DNA from: Octopus sinensis
Lineage: Eukaryota
Assembly (NCBI RefSeq): GCF_006345805.1
Contig: NC_043008.1
Coordinates: forward strand, 66,030,001-66,094,000
Direction: 5' to 3'
DNA length: 64,000 bases
The first letter of the stretch is position 1. Each line of letters starts with the position of its first letter. The position numbers and the translations under genes are program-made. The notes beneath the pieces were generated by a model that worked only from the letters and a program-made list of their open reading frames with translations, searched no databases and was not told where the DNA came from. Below, in pieces: positions 62,000 to 64,000 of this stretch.

Positions 62000-63891
62000 C
62001 AACATTGAGGGCAAAATTAATTATTATTAATCAACTTCACCAAGTGTTCAGTATGCAAAGGGACCATTCAAGGCGAATTCAAATTATTACATTATATAAA
62101 AGGGCTTAGTAAAATAAATTACTTTGCCGCATACTGAAACTCATTAAAATAGCAGCTAAAAAACTTTTTTAAAGCTATTTCTAATACTTAAAGAAAAATC
62201 TCATCATATTAGTGTTTGCTTATTCAACTCAACAAAAGTTTGGGGTAAGGACATCGAAAAATCAAATGCTAAGGTTATTTGAGAACATACGTTTCAAGAT
62301 TAGTCAAAACAACACTTCTATCATCAGCTCAGAAATTCCTTGGTTTGGATTTGGAAAAACTGAAAATAAGAACATACCTTTCGAAGATCTGCTCGTACTA
62401 ACAGTGCCAACAAATTCAAATAAGCAAGCGAAGAATCTCTGTTTCTCCCCTTTCCACCAGCGTGGGTTAAAATCATCAAACACTATGCTTATTTCGGTAA
62501 ATATCGAAGCATTAATCAGAGGGAGATTAATTATAATTTCAACATTGAGGGTAAAATTAATTAATTATTAATCAATTCACCAAGTGTTCAGTATGCAAAG
62601 GGACCATTCAAGGCGAATTCAAATTATTACATTATATAAAAGGGCTTAGTAAAATAACCCCCAAACTTTTGTGAGTTGAATAAGCAAACACTATATATGA
62701 GAGAGATTTTATTTAAGTATTAGAAATAGCTTTAAAAAAGTTTTTTAGCTGCTATTTCTAATGAGTTCAGTATGCGGCAAAGTAATTTATTTTACTAAGC
62801 CCTTTTATATAATGTAATAATTTGAATTCGCCTTGAATGGTCCCTTTGCATACTGAACACTTGGTGAAATTGATTAATAATTAATTAATTTTGCCCTCAA
62901 TTGTTGAAAATTATAATTAATCCCCTCTGATTAATGCTTCGGATTTTACCGAAATAAGCATAGTGTTTGATGATTTTAACCCACGCTGGTGGAAAGGGAG
63001 AACAGAGATTCTTCGCTTCGCTATTTGAATTTGTTGGCACTGTTAGTTACGAGCAGATCTTCGAAAGGGTATGTTCTTATTTTCAGTGTTTCCAAATCCA
63101 ACCAAGGAATTTCTGAGCTGATGATAGAAGTGTTGTTTTGACTAATCTTGAAACGTATGTTCTCAATAACCTTAGCATTTGATTTTTCGATGCCCTTACC
63201 CCCCAACTTTTGTGAGTTGAATTAAGCAAACACTTATATGAGAGAGATTTTCTTTAAGTATTAGAAATAGCTTTAAAAAAGTTTTTTAGCTGCTATTTTC
63301 TAATTTCAGTATGCGGCAAAGTAATTTATTTTACTAAGCCCTTTTAATAATGTAATAATTTGAATTCGCCTTGAATGGTCCCTTTGCATACTGAACACTT
63401 GGTGAAATTGATTAATAATTAATTAATTTTGCCCTCAATTGTTGAAAATTATAATTAATCTCCCTCTGATTAATGCTTCGGATTTTACCGAAATAGCATA
63501 GTGTTTGATGATTTTAACCCACGCTGGTGGAAAGGGGAGACAGAGATTCTTCGCTTGCTTATTTGAATTTGTTGCAACTGTTAGTTACGAGCAGATCTTC
63601 GAAAGGGTATGTTCTTATTTTCAGTGTTTCCAAATCCAAACCAAGGAATTTCTGAGCTGATATAGAAGTGTTGTTTTGACTAATCTTGAAACGTATGTTC
63701 TCAAATAACCTTAGCATTTGATTTTTCGATGTCCTTACCCCCAACTTTTGTGAGTTGAATTAAGCAAACACTATATATGAGAGAGATTTTCTTTAAGTAT
63801 TAGAAATAGCTTTAAAAAAGTTTTTAGCTGCTATTTCTAATGAGTTCAGTATGCGGCAAAGTAATTTATTTTACTAAGCCCTTTTATATAA
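61993..63891. repeat. ~540-bp tandem array (about 3.5 units) with an internal orientation switch at 62657/62658, inside (TA)n
   Basis: + units start at 61993 and 62533; inverted units start at about 62658, 63201 and 63738; copies differ mostly by 1-bp indels. Confidence 0.95.
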
Positions 63892-63928
63892 TATATATAT
63901 ATATATATATATACATATATATATACAT

Positions 63929-63959
<31 letters not shown>

Positions 63960-64000
63960 CATATATATATATTAATATATATATATATGTATATATATAT

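Noticed and set aside
61993-63891. CRISPR-like or coding interpretation of the array (repeated RLFENIRFKISQNN ORFs)
   Set aside because: No repeat-spacer structure; the short ORFs differ by frameshifts among copies and match no domain I recognise.

Overview
Eukaryotic, AT-rich and very microsatellite-dense DNA with one 100-N scaffold gap (8409-8508). I found no host protein-coding exon I can support. Nearly all supplied ORFs are translations of (TA)n/(CA)n/(TAA)n/(GAT)n/(GAA)n tracts or pieces of decayed transposable elements. The SINE families resemble those I recall from octopus genomes (inference, not a database result). Recognisable content: four tRNA-head SINE families (about 30 copies or fragments); decayed non-LTR elements (R4/Dong-like x3 embedded in (TAA)n, HERO-like, CRE-like, RTE, CR1-group, L1/Tx1-like); Penelope-like GIY-YIG relics x4; DNA transposon relics (Tc1, maT DD37D, a mariner with two right ends, mariner MITEs, hAT/Charlie-Buster, Helitron-like elements); and a 540-bp tandem array that flips orientation. 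The most notable cross-cutting signal is a set of minimal type-I hammerhead-ribozyme-like motifs, several with all core features, in Penelope-type or short non-coding repeats. Other candidates: a TAA-targeted non-autonomous element, a 118-bp near-perfect palindrome, and a 34-bp inverted templated segment at a retrotransposon 5' junction.
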